Source of the DNA: Octopus vulgaris
Taxonomy: Eukaryota
DNA length: 64,000 bases
Assembly (NCBI GenBank): GCA_951406725.2
Contig: OX597825.1
Location: 77,748,001-77,812,000 of the forward strand
Reading direction: 5' to 3'
Positions 42,861 through 57,546 of this stretch are shown one piece after another. A program made the position numbers and the translations under genes. Under the pieces are notes generated by a model. It had not been told where the DNA came from and ran no database searches. It saw only the letters and a program-made list of their open reading frames with translations. Positions within the stretch are counted from its first letter, which is position 1; every line of letters starts with the position of its first letter.

Positions 42861-43229
42861 TTATCTGTATGTATATGTATATGAATATTATGTTTGTGTG
42901 GAGGTTTGTGGACTAATGGTTACGTTATTACACTCGGGATCGTAAGATTATGGTTTCGATTCCAGCACCGCGTGATGCGTTGTGCGCTTGAGCAAAGCAC
43001 CTCATTTCGCGTTGCTTCTGTTCACTCAGCTGTCAAAAATGATTCATCCTGCGACGGATTGGCGTCGTTGCTACTGGTTGTGGAATAAATACTCCACAGA
43101 AACCTAGAAAGTGTCCCCATGTGTCTGTATGACTCAGTACGGTGCTATGTATGTTTGTATCCATGGATCTGAATATTCTATAGTTTTATGGTGCCCTCTT
43201 TGGAGAGACATCAATCCGCAGCGTAGTTC

Positions 43230-44030
43230 TTCGGGGAACTGTCCTGGGACCACTAACTCTTTCAGAGATGCCCTCTCTCGTACAGTCATCCATTCTCACC
43301 AGTTACGTTGAGAAAACAAAAGTATTTCAAGTGGCCAAAGACCCTGATGACATACTATAACTGAACTGCCTGCAAAATACAAATTGGCTGATGAATATAA
43401 CATGCAGTTCAATACCGATAAGACTACGATCGGAATACATATGATCAGTATCAGTGCGATCCCAGAGTTAGAATCGGTGCGTGATCTGGGAATCCACATG
43501 AGTAATGATGCAACGTTCCATGTGCATATTACCAAGATGGCAACACTATGTAGGTGAGTAACCGGATGCAGCTTTAAAGCATTCAGAACCAGAAATAAGG
43601 ATACCTTACTAATACTATGGAGGACTTTTGATCTCGGTTTTCTGAATTACCGATCCCGACAGTGGTCGCCGCAGAGCGTCAAATTTTGGGGGGAACTTGA
43701 GGCAATCCAGCGTCACTGCATAAAGAAGATTGAATCGGTGAAGCAGATGAGCTACTGGGAGTTGCTACAAGAACTGAAGCTTTACTATCTGGAGAGAAGG
43801 CGAGAAAGGCATACAGTGATGGAAGACCCTGCAAGGATAAGCTCCCAATTTTAGAATTCAGAGTTATGCCAAACACCGAACTAGAGGGCACTGAATAACA
43901 CCAAAGATACCTTTTTCTTCATCTCGGATAAGGACCCAGAATTGCAACAGCTTATGTTTCAGGGAGACCACAACTTTTTAACATCCTGCCAAGCAATCTC
44001 AGACAAATGTCAGTATGAAGTCCCAGATGA
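43230..44030 (+). mobile_element. CR1/L2-like LINE 3' fragment
   Basis: GTVLGP, VRDLGIHMSND, LEAIQR and LERRR remnants. Similar to 37890-38340. Confidence 0.75.
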
Positions 44031-44146
44031 GTCACATAACGGCTGGAGACACAATTGAAAGGCGGTGCTCTAGCATGGCGCCGACCTGTGAAGGAAATCA
44101 GTAAAATAGTAAAAGAGTATATATACATACACACATACATATATAC

Positions 44147-44223
<77 letters not shown>

Positions 44224-44618
44224 CTGAGAGGTAAGAAGTTTCTTTCTGAACCACATGATATAAGAAATACGTTATCGAACTAAATGTTTTCAAAATATGC
44301 ATAATTCATTAATAACTAAAATTTGCCAACCTGGATTAATTAATCTGCAAATTATACTTCATGTTTCTGTTCCGAATTAAATGGAGTTTTAAGCTGGGAA
44401 TATACCGCCTGTCAATATATTAGACATAGTTAAACGTTTGAAAAGACATTAAGAAGATATATTATATATTTAATAAGATATTCTTAGAAAATCTTTAGCC
44501 CTACCATACCAATTATTTCTCTCTTGCTCATTGTCTTCCTTTCACTCTCTCCTCCCTCTCTCTCTCTTAGTAGTGCTATTTCCTTGCTTTCTTTCTATCT
44601 GTCTCTCTATCGCTCTCA

Positions 44619-44677
<59 letters not shown>

Positions 44678-45837
44678 ACATGCATAAATACATATAGATG
44701 TATGGTATGTATGTATATGTATATGTATGCATATATATGCATATGTATATGTATACGTATATATATTCATATATACATATAGATATATGGATATATATAT
44801 ATGCATATCTATATATGCATATATATATACATACATATATATGTATGTATATATTTATATATATATATATATGCGATATAGATGTATAAACGCACACATA
44901 CACGAACACACACACACACACACACATGCACATGCACATAGACACTACACACATACATACACACGCACGCACAGGCACGCACACGCGCACACATACTATT
45001 CGCTTTTCTCTTTAGCCGATATCTGATAATGGGATTTTAATAACAGTTGTGATAACTCATTAGTATAGAGATTATGTTCCATATTTCTATGATTGATAGA
45101 AGGTAAGTAAATACCTCCATTAGGTTTATCTGTTGCAGCGAAAGAGAGAAAAAGGCAGAGATAGAGAGAGAGATAGGCAGAGATATATATAGAGAGAGAG
45201 CGAGAGAGAGCTAAGACACCGATTGCTATAGATTTGATACGATACAGTTACACAGCAACGGATTTTCATTGTATAATAAATTAATGCTTCATTGAATCCG
45301 ACGAGGATTGATCCAGTCTTTCAATCAACTCCACTACCTATTCATTTGAAATATAATCTAAGTGGCTGAATATTCCGAAAATAAACGTGGCTTTTATGTG
45401 ATTTTAAATAGGCAGAGTGAATGTGATATAATGTGAGACAAAGCTTGGTTTTTGAAATACAATTCTTCCGATGGTTTTCTTTTATCGTTTCCATCGAGCT
45501 TTCATCATTTTCATTTTTAAAAAATCAGAGATTGTACTAAAAGATGCTTGCTCAAAAGGATAGACTCTAAGGACGGACTTGGCGAATCATGATGACACAT
45601 CTACATTCTTCAGCAAACAACCATATCTATGTCCATCTTTCGTATATACACATACATACATATATACAGAGAGACAAACATCACAAATGCTATATGATTA
45701 TATAATTGGACGCAGGCGTGGCTGTCTGATAAGAAACTTACTTCCAACCCACATGGTTCCGGGTTCAGCCTCACCATGTGGCAATTTGGCTAAGTGTCTT
45801 CTACTATAGCATCTGGCAGAGCAAAGCCCTGTGCCCG

Positions 45838-45946
<109 letters not shown>

Positions 45947-46035
45947 CTACTTATGTGGAAAATCGGTGTGTGTTTGTTTGTGGCGTTGTTAGCTAACTCC
46001 TCCTTCATCGTTTTATTGATTTTGATGAAACTTGA

Positions 46036-46465
46036 CTCGTGAGTAGAACTCATATTTGAAAACCTCGTGACATACTTAGATTGTTGAAAAAATGATAATA
46101 CGGCCCCTGGAAGGGACCTTTATATCTACCTCATATAACTATATTGTTTTAAACACCGAAGGGAAATAACCCATAGCATTGTACTATTTTTTTGTTTTTC
46201 AAAACTCAAGGGAAATAACCCATTTCATTGTTTATGTTTGATTACTTTGAATATTGATTTTTTTGTGTGTCCTATTTCTAATTTTTGCAAACAATATAAC
46301 TTTTATATTTTATTTGACACGTGAGTAGAACTCATGTCTGGAAACCTCGTGACATACTTAGATCGTTAAAATATCGATAATAGGACCCTTCCAATGGATC
46401 CTTCTATCTACTACATATTACTAATATCTTATTTAAAGAACCCAAGGGTGATAATCCATACCACA
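46036..46465 (+). repeat. Diverged direct repeat of about 140 bp
   Basis: cgtgagtagaactcat...aaacctcgtgacatacttagat at about 46038 and 46320. Confidence 0.75.
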
Positions 46466-47878
46466 TACAAATTTTAGCGAAGCGATCAATATTTGATCCT
46501 CACGATCAGCCGACCTTATTCTGCATTTCACTACTCACAGTTTTGAACTGCTAAACGTTATTATTGCACTTCCTTAATTTGAATCTTAAACATTAAAGAC
46601 TTCATTCATACATTTCTATACATACTTTTTTGAATGCCCATTACTCCGATAATTCTGCATTTTTACAGTTACACTTTTTCCATGACAGAAGATAGGTTTT
46701 TTTTTTTATTCCACAACGTATTTGTAGTGGCTTCATGCAGGCTTAGCATGGATTCGATCCTCGATTGCCAAATTTCACTTAACACTTCAACAGAGCTTTT
46801 CTCAAGGTGAAACAATATTTTTTATGTGAATAACAGCTTTTATACACTTATACATATGCTTCATAGAACGCTTGTTACAATAATAGTATGGCGTTTATGT
46901 ATAAGCGATGTTTCTGTATGTCAACTCTAGACTTCAAAATGTCTGCTTTTTGCAGTAAGGTTTGGTCAAATAGGGCAGCACAATGCAAACAAATTGTTGC
47001 CTGAACATTCCTTTTGATATATTACCTAAGCGACCGGTTACTAAGACGAAGGTGACACGTATCTTTTGATGTGTTGTTTTCCGACATAAAAATAAGTCTT
47101 GTCTATGATATGAAATGACGAACGATTGTGTCGTTCAATGTGCTACTTTATGAATATGTTTTATGTTCGTGTGTGTCTGTGTATTAAAAATACTTCCGTT
47201 TCTGTATGTGTATGTGTACGAGTGCATGTGTTCCTGTGTACGTGCTCGCTTCTCAGTGTGTGCTTGTGTATGTGTGTGAGACTGTGTGAGCGTGTCTGAG
47301 CGTGTGTGTGTGTGTGGCTATATAATATGTAAATATGCTTTTGTCTTTGCTATCAGATATTATTGAATTCTGATTGCATGATCAGAGAGTGCGTGGCTGT
47401 TTTAGAGCATGGGTACGTGTATATACATATATACATATACATACTGACGCGCACAAATTTACATAAGCTACACAGGAACATATTCATACGTACATAAACA
47501 TCCGACCGTCAATCCATCCATCCATCCATACATACATATATCCTTACATATACATACACATATACATACATACATATTACATACATAGACAGACAGACAG
47601 ACAGATATATAGTCAGAAATCATTTTAATGGCTTTCTGGGGTGACTGAGGAAATGAAAACATCTTCACGACCACCCTCAGACAGTTTTGAAAGCCCATAG
47701 AAAATGCGAGCCTTTTACGTGAAAAACTCTGGATTTGTATAAAGGACATGTAGATACAAAGACATTTTGCCGTTTATAAATCTAGATAAAATGATTTATG
47801 TCACACAAAAGCTGAAGTATGTATTTTAATTAAATGTTTGAATCATTTATTAAATGAATATTTTCAATTTTCTTCCAG

Positions 47879-47988
47879 GAATGGTACGATACGCGTTTAG
47901 AATGGAGTCCTGAAGAATATGGCGATGTCAAAATGATGCATATTCCATCGAAGGATTTATGGAGGCCAGATATTGTATTATACAATAA
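47879..47988 (+). CDS. nAChR alpha-type subunit, 110-nt exon (EWYDTRLEWSPEEYGDVKMMHIPSKDLWRPDIVLYN, loop A)
   Basis: ttccag acceptor, AA|gtaagt donor (phase 0/2), WxPDIVLYN motif, canonical 110-nt exon. Joins in frame with the flanking exons. Confidence 0.95.
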
Positions 47989-48045
47989 GTAAGTACATGG
48001 TATTGATATATGAATACTTCGAGATATATTAGAACAAGAATTATA

Positions 48046-48910
48046 CGAGATCTGATCAATAAGTATCCTGATTGTTGCCATAGTAACAAAGCAAAAGCAC
48101 GAAGGGTGTAGCCGCTTGCACAGATTGACCTTGAACTCTGCGGTTCATGCACACTAAGTTTTAACGCTCTAGCTTACTTCCGCTGTTTACAGCAGTGCTT
48201 GGAAGGAAGGTCTGTATCATGTGATCGTCGCATTGATCATAAAAATGAAAGTTATGGCGATATCTGCTCAGAGCCCTAGGCAAAATTGCAGAAGGTATAT
48301 GGAGAGGAGTATATGAACTACACACAAGTGTACGAGTGGTTTAGACATTTCCAAGATGGCCGAAAAATGTCGATATTGATGTACGTTCTGAAAGACCCGC
48401 AACCAGCAGAACTGAGAAAAACATCGCAGATGTGCGTGCAGCTGTGAAGAGAAATCGTCGAATTACCATCTGTGAGTTATTAGAGAATGTACAGATTAGT
48501 TACGGTTCAGTTCAGTCCATTATCACTGAGGATTTGGGTATGAGATGCGTGTCTGCCCGTTTTGTGCCAAAACTCCTTTCAACTGACCAAAAAGAACACT
48601 CGGGTTTCAGTTGCACAAGATCTCCTTGGTTGTGCCGGGAACGATATAAACTTTTTGAGAACTTTGCGTAAGGCCTCTGAACAGGTATCACCAAGCTTTT
48701 TGCAAAGTTTGATGCAGATTCTCTGCTCAACTCTATGTTTAATGCGACGATCACACGCTACACACCTTCCTTTCAAGCACTACTATAAACAGTGGATGTG
48801 AGCTACAACGATAAAAGTCAGTGCGCATGCACAACAGTGTTCAAGGTGAATTCGTGCCAAGCGGTTTCATTACTATGGCAACTATCCGGATACCTGTTGA
48901 TCAGACCACG
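48046..48910. mobile_element. Mariner derivative made of two inverted 5' halves
   Basis: TA-flanked ends cgagatctgatcaataagtatcc / ggatacctgttgatcagaccacg. Transposase N-terminal remnants lie on both strands (+: ...VSARFVPKLL; -: EQRICIKLCKKLGDTCSEA). Confidence 0.75.
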
Positions 48911-49049
48911 TATCTATTTTCATAAGCGAGAGGCAATTACATCGTGTTGTCCATAGTACGGTACTCCAGTCTGGCTCATGTCTCGCTAGAACCAGAGAAG
49001 AATAGTGCGAGGGCTGAGTGAGTTGATACTAAGCTGAAACACTACGCTT

Positions 49050-49720
49050 ACGGTGGTGGTAGTGGTGGCGGTGGCGCTTAAGTTGGCGGCGCTGGTGGTA
49101 GCGGTGCTGGCGGCGGTGTTGACAGTGGTGACGCTGGCGGTGGTGGTTGCGTTGGCGGTGGTGGTTGTGCGGGTGGTGGTGGTGGTGGTAGTGGTGGCGG
49201 CGCTGGTGATGGTGGCGTTGGAAGTGGTTGCGCTGGCGCAGGCGGCGATGGTAGTGGCGGCGCTGGCAACGGCTGTGCTGGCGGCGGTGGTGCTGGCAGC
49301 GGCGGCAGTGGTGCTGGCAGCGGCGGCAGCTGGCTGGCGCTGGCGGCGAAGGCGCTGGCTGCGGAGGCGCTGGCTGCAGAGGCGCTGGCGGCGGTGGAAC
49401 TGGTGGTGGCGGCGCTGGCGGCGGTGGAACTGGTGGTGGCGGCGCTAGCAGTGGCAGCGCTAGCAGTGGTGGCGTTAGCAGTGGTTGCGGTGGCAGTGGC
49501 CTTACTGATGTTGGAGGTACTGACGCTGGCAGCGGTGGCGGTAGTGGTACCAGCGCTGGCGCTAGAGGGGCTTGCAGTGGTGCAGCCGGCAGTGGTGCAG
49601 CCGGCAGTGGTGCAGCCGGCAGTGGTTGTTGTTATTGTTGTGGTGGTGGTGGTGGTGGTGGTAGTTGGGGGAGGGGGTTCAAGTGTTGGATGTAAAAGTG
49701 GTGTTGGCAGTGGTGACGCG
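49050..49720. repeat. GC-rich degenerate trinucleotide low-complexity block (GGT/GGC/GCT)
   Basis: Directly visible; includes 15- and 24-bp sub-repeats. Confidence 0.85.
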
Positions 49721-49804
49721 GGTCTTCGTTCGACCATGATTCTCAATTGTTCGGACATCTGCATAACCTGCTTTTTAATTAACGCGTTTCTGCCTGAATC
49801 TTAG

Positions 49805-50070
49805 TGAAGGTGTGCAACTCAGTGGTTGGGGTATTCGGCTCACGATTGTAAGGCTGTGAGTTCGATTCCCGGCAGCGCATTGTATCCTTGAGCAAGAAAC
49901 TTTATTTTATTTTGATTTAGTCCACTCACCTGGCAAAAATGAGTAGTACCTGTATTTCAAAGGAGCCAGCCTTGTCACTCTCTGTGTCACGCTGAATCAC
50001 CCCGAGAACTACGTTAAGGGTACACGTGTCTGCAGGGTGCTCAGTCACTTGCACTTTAATTTCACGAGCA
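49805..50070 (+). mobile_element. tRNA-derived SINE family D
   Basis: Head ...gtgagttcgattcccggc. Related copies at 59440-59743(-), 16120-16385(+) and 42900-43140(+). Confidence 0.7.
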
Positions 50071-50180
50071 ACCGAGAGAGTCTAGCTTTGTGCCTAACTC
50101 AAATATCTCTCTCTCACCGCTCTTTGTCTCCTCTCTTTTCCCTCTCTCTCTTCCTCTCTCTCTTCGTCTCTCTTTCTCTC

Positions 50181-50215
<35 letters not shown>

Positions 50216-50265
50216 ATGTGTACTCCAACATGGATGCGAACAGCTAAAAGAAGAAAAGAATATAT

Positions 50266-50426
50266 AGGCACAAGATTGGCTGTGTGGTAAGTAGCTTGCT
50301 TACCAACCACATGGTTCCGGGTTCAGTCCCACTGGGTGGCACCCTGTGCAAGTGTCTTCTATTATAGCCTCGGGCTGACCAAAGCCGTGTGAGTGGATTT
50401 GGTAGACGGAAACTGAAAGAAGCCCG

Positions 50427-50476
<50 letters not shown>

Positions 50477-50740
50477 GTGTGTGTGTGTGTGTGTGTGTTT
50501 CTATCTGTCTGTCTGTCTGTCTGTCTGTGTATACGTTTGTCTTTCTGTGTTTGTCCCCCCAACACGCTTCACAACCGACGCTGGTGCGTTTAGGTCACCG
50601 TAACTTAGCGATTCGGCAAAAGACACCGATGGAATAAGTGCTAGGCTTACAAAGAATAAGTTCTGGGGTCGATTTGCTCGACTAAAGGCGGTGCTCCCGC
50701 ATGGCCACAGTCAAATGAATGAAACAAGTAAAAGAGTAAA
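50266..50740 (+). mobile_element. SINE family A, full copy
   Basis: Same head/microsatellite/tail layout as 41603-42010. Confidence 0.85.
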
Positions 50741-51352
50741 AGCGTTAGAACAAGCATGTACGCCATGCTGCTGCGGTAGAGAAGGAATTGTAAAGCTGAC
50801 TTGATTGTGACTGATCTATAAAATGGTAAACGAAAAGACATCCAGAATAATTTTGCAAAGAATAGATCTATTCACGTGTTTTATGAAGTGTGACTCTCGG
50901 ATTATCGGAATAAGGAAATGTCGTCTTTCACTAAGTAAATTAACATCTTAGTGCTACAGTATGTATTGTCTAGTTACTATATTTTGTACATTCGACACTG
51001 TCCAATGCATGGACATAAATATATCGATAATGAATATATCGATATTAAATAAAAAATATATGATGGATGATGTAATAAAAGTAACGCAATCCAGAAGAGA
51101 CGATATAAGAAATAATACATTTCATACCTGCTTTGTTTCTCGTTCAGGTAAGTGAGTAACGGTGTGAGCTTGTTGCGCCCAATGACCAGGAGTTCATAGA
51201 TTAAAAGTGCGTTCTGCGAAGAAATGGATTGTGCTTTTGATATTCCATACATCGCCACTGAGTAGTCTATAAACATACAATGCACATACATGTAAATAGA
51301 CAATAGATAGATAGACAGACAGACAAATAGATAGATAGGTAGGTATATATAT

Positions 51353-51460
<108 letters not shown>

Positions 51461-51470
51461 ACAGACAGAC

Positions 51471-51545
<75 letters not shown>

Positions 51546-52631
51546 TAGATAAGTTTCTTTATTAGCCAAAGAGGGCCGAATACAGAGGGTACAAAATACA
51601 ATGTAGAGCTTTTCTTTTCGAAAACAGAAGAAAATGAGAAAAATAAAATTCCGATCAAAAGGGATCGTGAAAAAAAATGCGATCAAAAGGCATCGTGTAT
51701 CTCTCTCTCTTTTTGATTTACAGGATCATGCTCAAAGTGGTTTCGTCACTCGCACACACTATCATTGGTATTTATGCAGTGTGTTACATATCCCAGGGCC
51801 TCTAATAATTACAGGTATAAACCTGAACTTATAATCTTGATAGAGTAATTGCAGATTTTTCAATAGTGCAGCATAGGTGTTCTATTTTTCACTAATCTTC
51901 AGCTTTATGTTAGCATCCGCTGGGCAGCTAATTACCACCATTCAGCACAGTTTCTCTTCTCTATCACGAATCATTATATCAGTTCTTTTGTGCTTACTGA
52001 GTTCTTCAGTGGGACATGCATGCATTCAGATATGTAAGTAATTATGTGTATGTAAATATCTCATCGAAGTAATGTGTTAGTTACATAGAGATGGAGAGAA
52101 CAGACCCCAATCACGATCACCCTGTATTTCAAACACGTTGTTCCCACCACCCCAAAGGCATATACATACACACGAGGGCATGCTACGACCCCACTCGTCG
52201 CAATGGAATTACCAATGGACATTTATTATCATGCTAATTTAATGGGATCATAATTTACATTGCAAGGTTCTGTCTTCTGTTTTACCAGCCGATTCAAAAA
52301 TCGTATTGACAGACGTTTCCAAGAATTTACCAATCAGGCGTAGACATTGCCCTTTTTCTCCTTCTCCTTGCATGTTTTCGCTTCACCCTCCACTTAGGAA
52401 TTTACATATGGTAAATAAATTTATATTGAGTTACAAATTCACAATTCTTTATTCAAATACCTGTAAGCGCGTGTGCGTGTGCATGTATGTATGTATGTGT
52501 GTGCACATGAGTATGTGTGTGTAATATACATATACATACATACATACGCACATACACACACACACGCACACTTGTATGTACTTGCATATATATATCTGAT
52601 ATTGATATCTTCATTTATTTGTTTCATATGA

Positions 52632-52667
<36 letters not shown>

Positions 52668-52771
52668 TTGTGTGTGTGTATCTATGTATGTGTGCGTGTG
52701 TATGAGAGTATGCATCTATGTATAGAAGTGTATACAAACACACACACACACATTTATATATAGAGAGAGAC

Positions 52772-52821
<50 letters not shown>

Positions 52822-52854
52822 ACATACACATATATACATATATATATATGCTTG

Positions 52855-52906
<52 letters not shown>

Positions 52907-53224
52907 TATATACACGCACCCACACACATTTCTACACACGTATATAAGCATCGATCGGAAAATTGTCTACGCATGTGTAGAGTGTCAATAGTCATCCGTC
53001 TTTCTTACTCCTTTTATGCATTATTCGGCCATATTTCACGCAGATTTGAATCTTTACAGAAAACAAACTTTTAAATAAAATTGAATAAATAATTGGGCAT
53101 CAGAAAATGGATTCTTCCATTCGTTGAATTCTTTAAAATGGTGCTGCCTGAAAACGAAACTGCATCTAGACGTCAATAGAAAGAATACGCAATCACGCAA
53201 AGATACGCATATAAACATGCACAT

Positions 53225-53255
<31 letters not shown>

Positions 53256-53431
53256 CACATACACACAAAAACACACACACACACACACAGACATAGGCAG
53301 CTATGTAAACGCGCAAACAAAGGATTACAAACATAAATCAATTAAATGTACATATTTGCATGCGTACATATATAATATATATATATCTATGAGTCTGTAT
53401 AAGTGTGTGTGCGTGCGTATGTATGTGTACG

Positions 53432-53477
<46 letters not shown>

Positions 53478-53631
53478 CGCATGCGCGTATATATATATAT
53501 ATATGTATGTATCTATTTTTGTGTATGCATATATGCATATGCATATCGATACATGAATATATTTCTATGCCTGTGCAATTTATTTGTGCATAGATCGATG
53601 GCCAGACAGACAACAGACAGACAGACAGACA

Positions 53632-53734
<103 letters not shown>

Positions 53735-53833
53735 CATAGATACATAGATATATAAATAGATATATAGGTAGGTAGATAGGTAGGTAGATATATACTGTAG
53801 GTTGGTAGGTAGGTAGGTAGGTAGGTAGGTAGG

Positions 53834-53906
<73 letters not shown>

Positions 53907-54706
53907 CGATTGATTGATTGATTGATAGATAGACAGATAGTTTGATAGACAAATAAACAAACAGTACAAAGCAGACGAGAATGTGTTAAGAAGCCAACAT
54001 GACAATAATTATATACATGAATTTATTTAGCGAAACAGAATTTAGGAGTCGTAGGAATTAATAGAGATTCCTACATTCAAACGTGCATATCAATGATATG
54101 AAAGGGGCCACATGACTTAACCCTTAAAGTATTTTTAACATCATTAGTAGTGATGTTGTATCTTTAATTAATGCAAGACGCCAGCATGGCTGTGTTGTGT
54201 AACTAACGACAAATAACTATAACTTCCGGTCACCGGAAGTAACTTAGCAGGCTTTGAAATACAGTGTTAACTTATTGGGTATCTACCGTCAAATAAGAGA
54301 CATGGTAATAATCTTCAAATTAATAGAATATAATTGGAGCTAATAATAATAACAACAAGACCAACAATAACAATAATAATAATAATAATAATAATAACAA
54401 TAACAATCATGATGATGATGATGATGATGATTAGAGTAAGAGGAGAACGAGGGGGAGGAGAGGAGAAGAAGCAGAACTACAATAACAACAATAATAACAA
54501 GTTTCAAATTCTGGCACAAAGCCAGCAATTTCGGGGACGGGATAGTCAATGGTATGGACTCCAGTGTTCCACTGGTACCTCTTTCATTGGTGACGAAAAG
54601 TAAAAGCTAAAGTTGATTTCAGATGAATTTGTGCATAGAACGTAAAAATGGACAACAGAATTAATATTAATATTATTGTTGTTGTTATTATTACTATTAT
54701 TATTAC

Positions 54707-54754
<48 letters not shown>

Positions 54755-55113
54755 TATTATTATTATTATTATTTGAAACCATTATTATTATGATGATTAT
54801 TGTCGTTGTTGTTGTTGTTACTCATAACAACAACATGTGACTCTCCTTGAACACTAGCAGTCCATTTTCCATTAGCCATCTTGTGCTTCCAGTAGAAACT
54901 TTCCTTTCTAATATATCTGATGTCCCTGATTTGCCGAGTTCACCTCTAAAACACCATGTGACCCACCTCGGCCAGTTCCAGCCTTAATGTTCAATAACTA
55001 TATGTGACTATATGTTTCGTTAGAAACATGCGTCGCATCGAGCTGAATCAAATTGTTTTAAATAATATATGTATGTATGTCCTTTGACTTTTAGTAAGTT
55101 ATATATATATATA

Positions 55114-55306
55114 TATAAAATAATATGTTACATTACTCGAGTTTCAGATGCCGAAGTGGGAATCCACAACGCCATCTCTTCGGTTATCTGGCTATTTCCA
55201 GATAATAGCCAGATAACCGAAGATATGGCGTTGTGGATTCCCACTTCGGCATCTGAAACTCAGAGTTTTATCTTGACTACCGAGTAATGTAACATATTAT
55301 TTTATA
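55114..55306. repeat. Near-perfect palindrome (58-bp inner stem, 26-bp outer stem)
   Basis: 55139-55196 pairs with 55204-55261 (one mismatch, 7-nt loop), and 55114-55139 pairs with 55281-55306. Confidence 0.9.
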
Positions 55307-55371
55307 GATAAATTTCCTCTATTTACATAATATTGAGATCTCTTTCTTTCTTTTGTTATCTTACCGTTTTA

Positions 55372-55437
<66 letters not shown>

Positions 55438-55574
55438 AGTAAACACATAAATGTGAAACAAGGTGGAAAAAAGAGTACTCAAATACCAGTGGTAGAGTAA
55501 TATGCTTTATTTTAAGCAGCAGAAAATTCAACCTGCTGCTTAAAATAAAGTATATATATATATATATATATATA

Positions 55575-56824
55575 GCAGGTCATTCCATAACTTCTGTCCG
55601 AATTTTGAATAAAGAAAACAAGTGATCAAATGTTATATTTAATTGACATTTAATCATCAATGTACTTTCCCTGATTATCTATGACTTCCTTCCATCCATT
55701 TACAAGCTTTTTAATCCCATCAATGTAAAACTCTTTTGGTTTCAAAACGAAGAACTCTGAAATATCAGTTTCGAACTCCTCCTGGCTTGCGAAAGTTATG
55801 TTCCCCAAATGATTCTGTAAACTACGAAACAAATTGTAGTCTGAAGGAGCAATTTCGGGAGAATAAGGTGGATGAGGAATTTTTTCCCAACCAAGCTCTT
55901 CGATCTTCTATGATGTGATCTTTGCAGTGTGAGATCGCGCATTGTCCTGATAAAACATCACTCCTTTTCGATTCACTAAAGCGGTCTTTTTTCTTCAAAG
56001 CTTGGTTCAAGCGCTCTAATTGCTGACAGTAGACTTGAACATTGATTGTTACATTAGGTGGTAACAATTCAAATTGAATTACTCCTTTGCATTCCACCAG
56101 ATAGAGTGAAGAAAATTTTTTCTATGAAGTTCCATTCTCGGTTGACGTTGAGCTTTTCCCCTTTTACCAAGCCACTGCTTATGACGTTTAACATTTCGAT
56201 AGAAGATCCATTTTTCGTCACCAGTCACCAGTCTATCCAAAAAGTGTGAAATGAGTTCGCGAGAATGGAGAGAAGAGCAGATACCAACTCGAGATTTGCT
56301 TTCGGACAATACATGAGTCACCCATTTTCCAAGATTAGGAACCTTTCCAAGTTGTTGATGATGATGAACAGTTGTATGGTTTGAACTAAGCTTCATTGCC
56401 AATTCTTCAACTGATAATGCAGGATTTTCTTCAAGTAATGCCTCAAGGAGCTTATCATCAAACTCAACTGGATGTCCTGTTCAATCTTCATCTTCAAGGT
56501 TGAAATCTCCACTTCTAAATTTTGCAAACCATCTTCTGCAAGTTCTTTCATTCAAGCATTCTTTCCCATAAACTGAGTGTATGTTTCGAGTCGCTTCAGC
56601 CGCAGAGTTTCCTTTTTTGTACTCATAAAGCATTATGTACCTCAAATGCTCTTTGGATACTTCCATGTTAGAAAGGGTTTTAATCAAAGAAATTTTAATT
56701 CTATTATCCTGTAAAATAATATTTAATTAGTTTAAATGTACACAAATACATAAAAATAATTTTAAATTCCATTCTACATTCTAAAATACTATTAAAATCG
56801 GACAGAACTTATGGGATGACCTGA
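55575..56824 (-). mobile_element. Full-length decayed mariner element
   Basis: About 27-bp TIRs (caggtcattccataacttctgtccga / tcggacagaacttatgggatgacctg) with TA flanks. Fragments MEVSKEHLRYIMLYEY, WVTHVL, VTGDEKW and IDNQGKYID. Confidence 0.9.
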
Positions 56825-57024
56825 TATATTAAAGACTTGTATAGAATATCCGTAGAAATAACTATAGCAGTATATATACATTTCCTTATCTTTATCTTTC
56901 AATACATCTCAACGTTTCTAAAGCAGCGTTTGTTTACTTTCAACATAAGATGAATTTAACGTACGATAGCGTCTTATAAAACTAGATTTATACATACTAA
57001 ATTTGCAGAAGAATTTGTCGTTGG

Positions 57025-57097
57025 GACGGTTTAGTTTCATGGTAAAGCACTTAACGCATAATCACAAGGATGTGAGTTCGAGTCTCATAGCTGGCCG
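57025..57097 (+). pseudogene. Degenerate tRNA-like sequence (CAT in the anticodon position)
   Basis: Good T-arm GTGAG-TTCGAGT-CTCAT and partial acceptor/D stems, but the anticodon stem does not pair. Could be a SINE head. Confidence 0.3.
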
Positions 57098-57546
57098 CCG
57101 ACATATTTTTCTGCAAAATATGGGTAGTTTAGCCTATTCGTGCTATATTATTGAGTTAGTGTGTTGGTTGAACTGTATGTGTGTATTTATGTATATATAT
57201 ATGTATGTATGTAAGTATATATGTGCGTGTATATTTATGTATACATGTTTGCATGTATCTATGTGTGTATGTATGTATGTATATGACGAGTTTCTTTCAT
57301 TGTCCGTCTACCAAATCCACTCAGAAATATTTGTTGGCCTATAGCTATAGTAAAAACACTTCCCCAAGGTTCTATGTAGTGGAATGAAGCGGAAACCATG
57401 TGATAGGGAAGCAAAGTTCTTACCACGCATGCGATTCCTTCTACGTTTCCTTCGATTTGCAACATGGTTTGCTCGGCATTTAGAACCAATCAAAAGTTTT
57501 GTATGTTATGCATTTTCTATTTCATTTTCCTTTCTTCTCATTGCAG

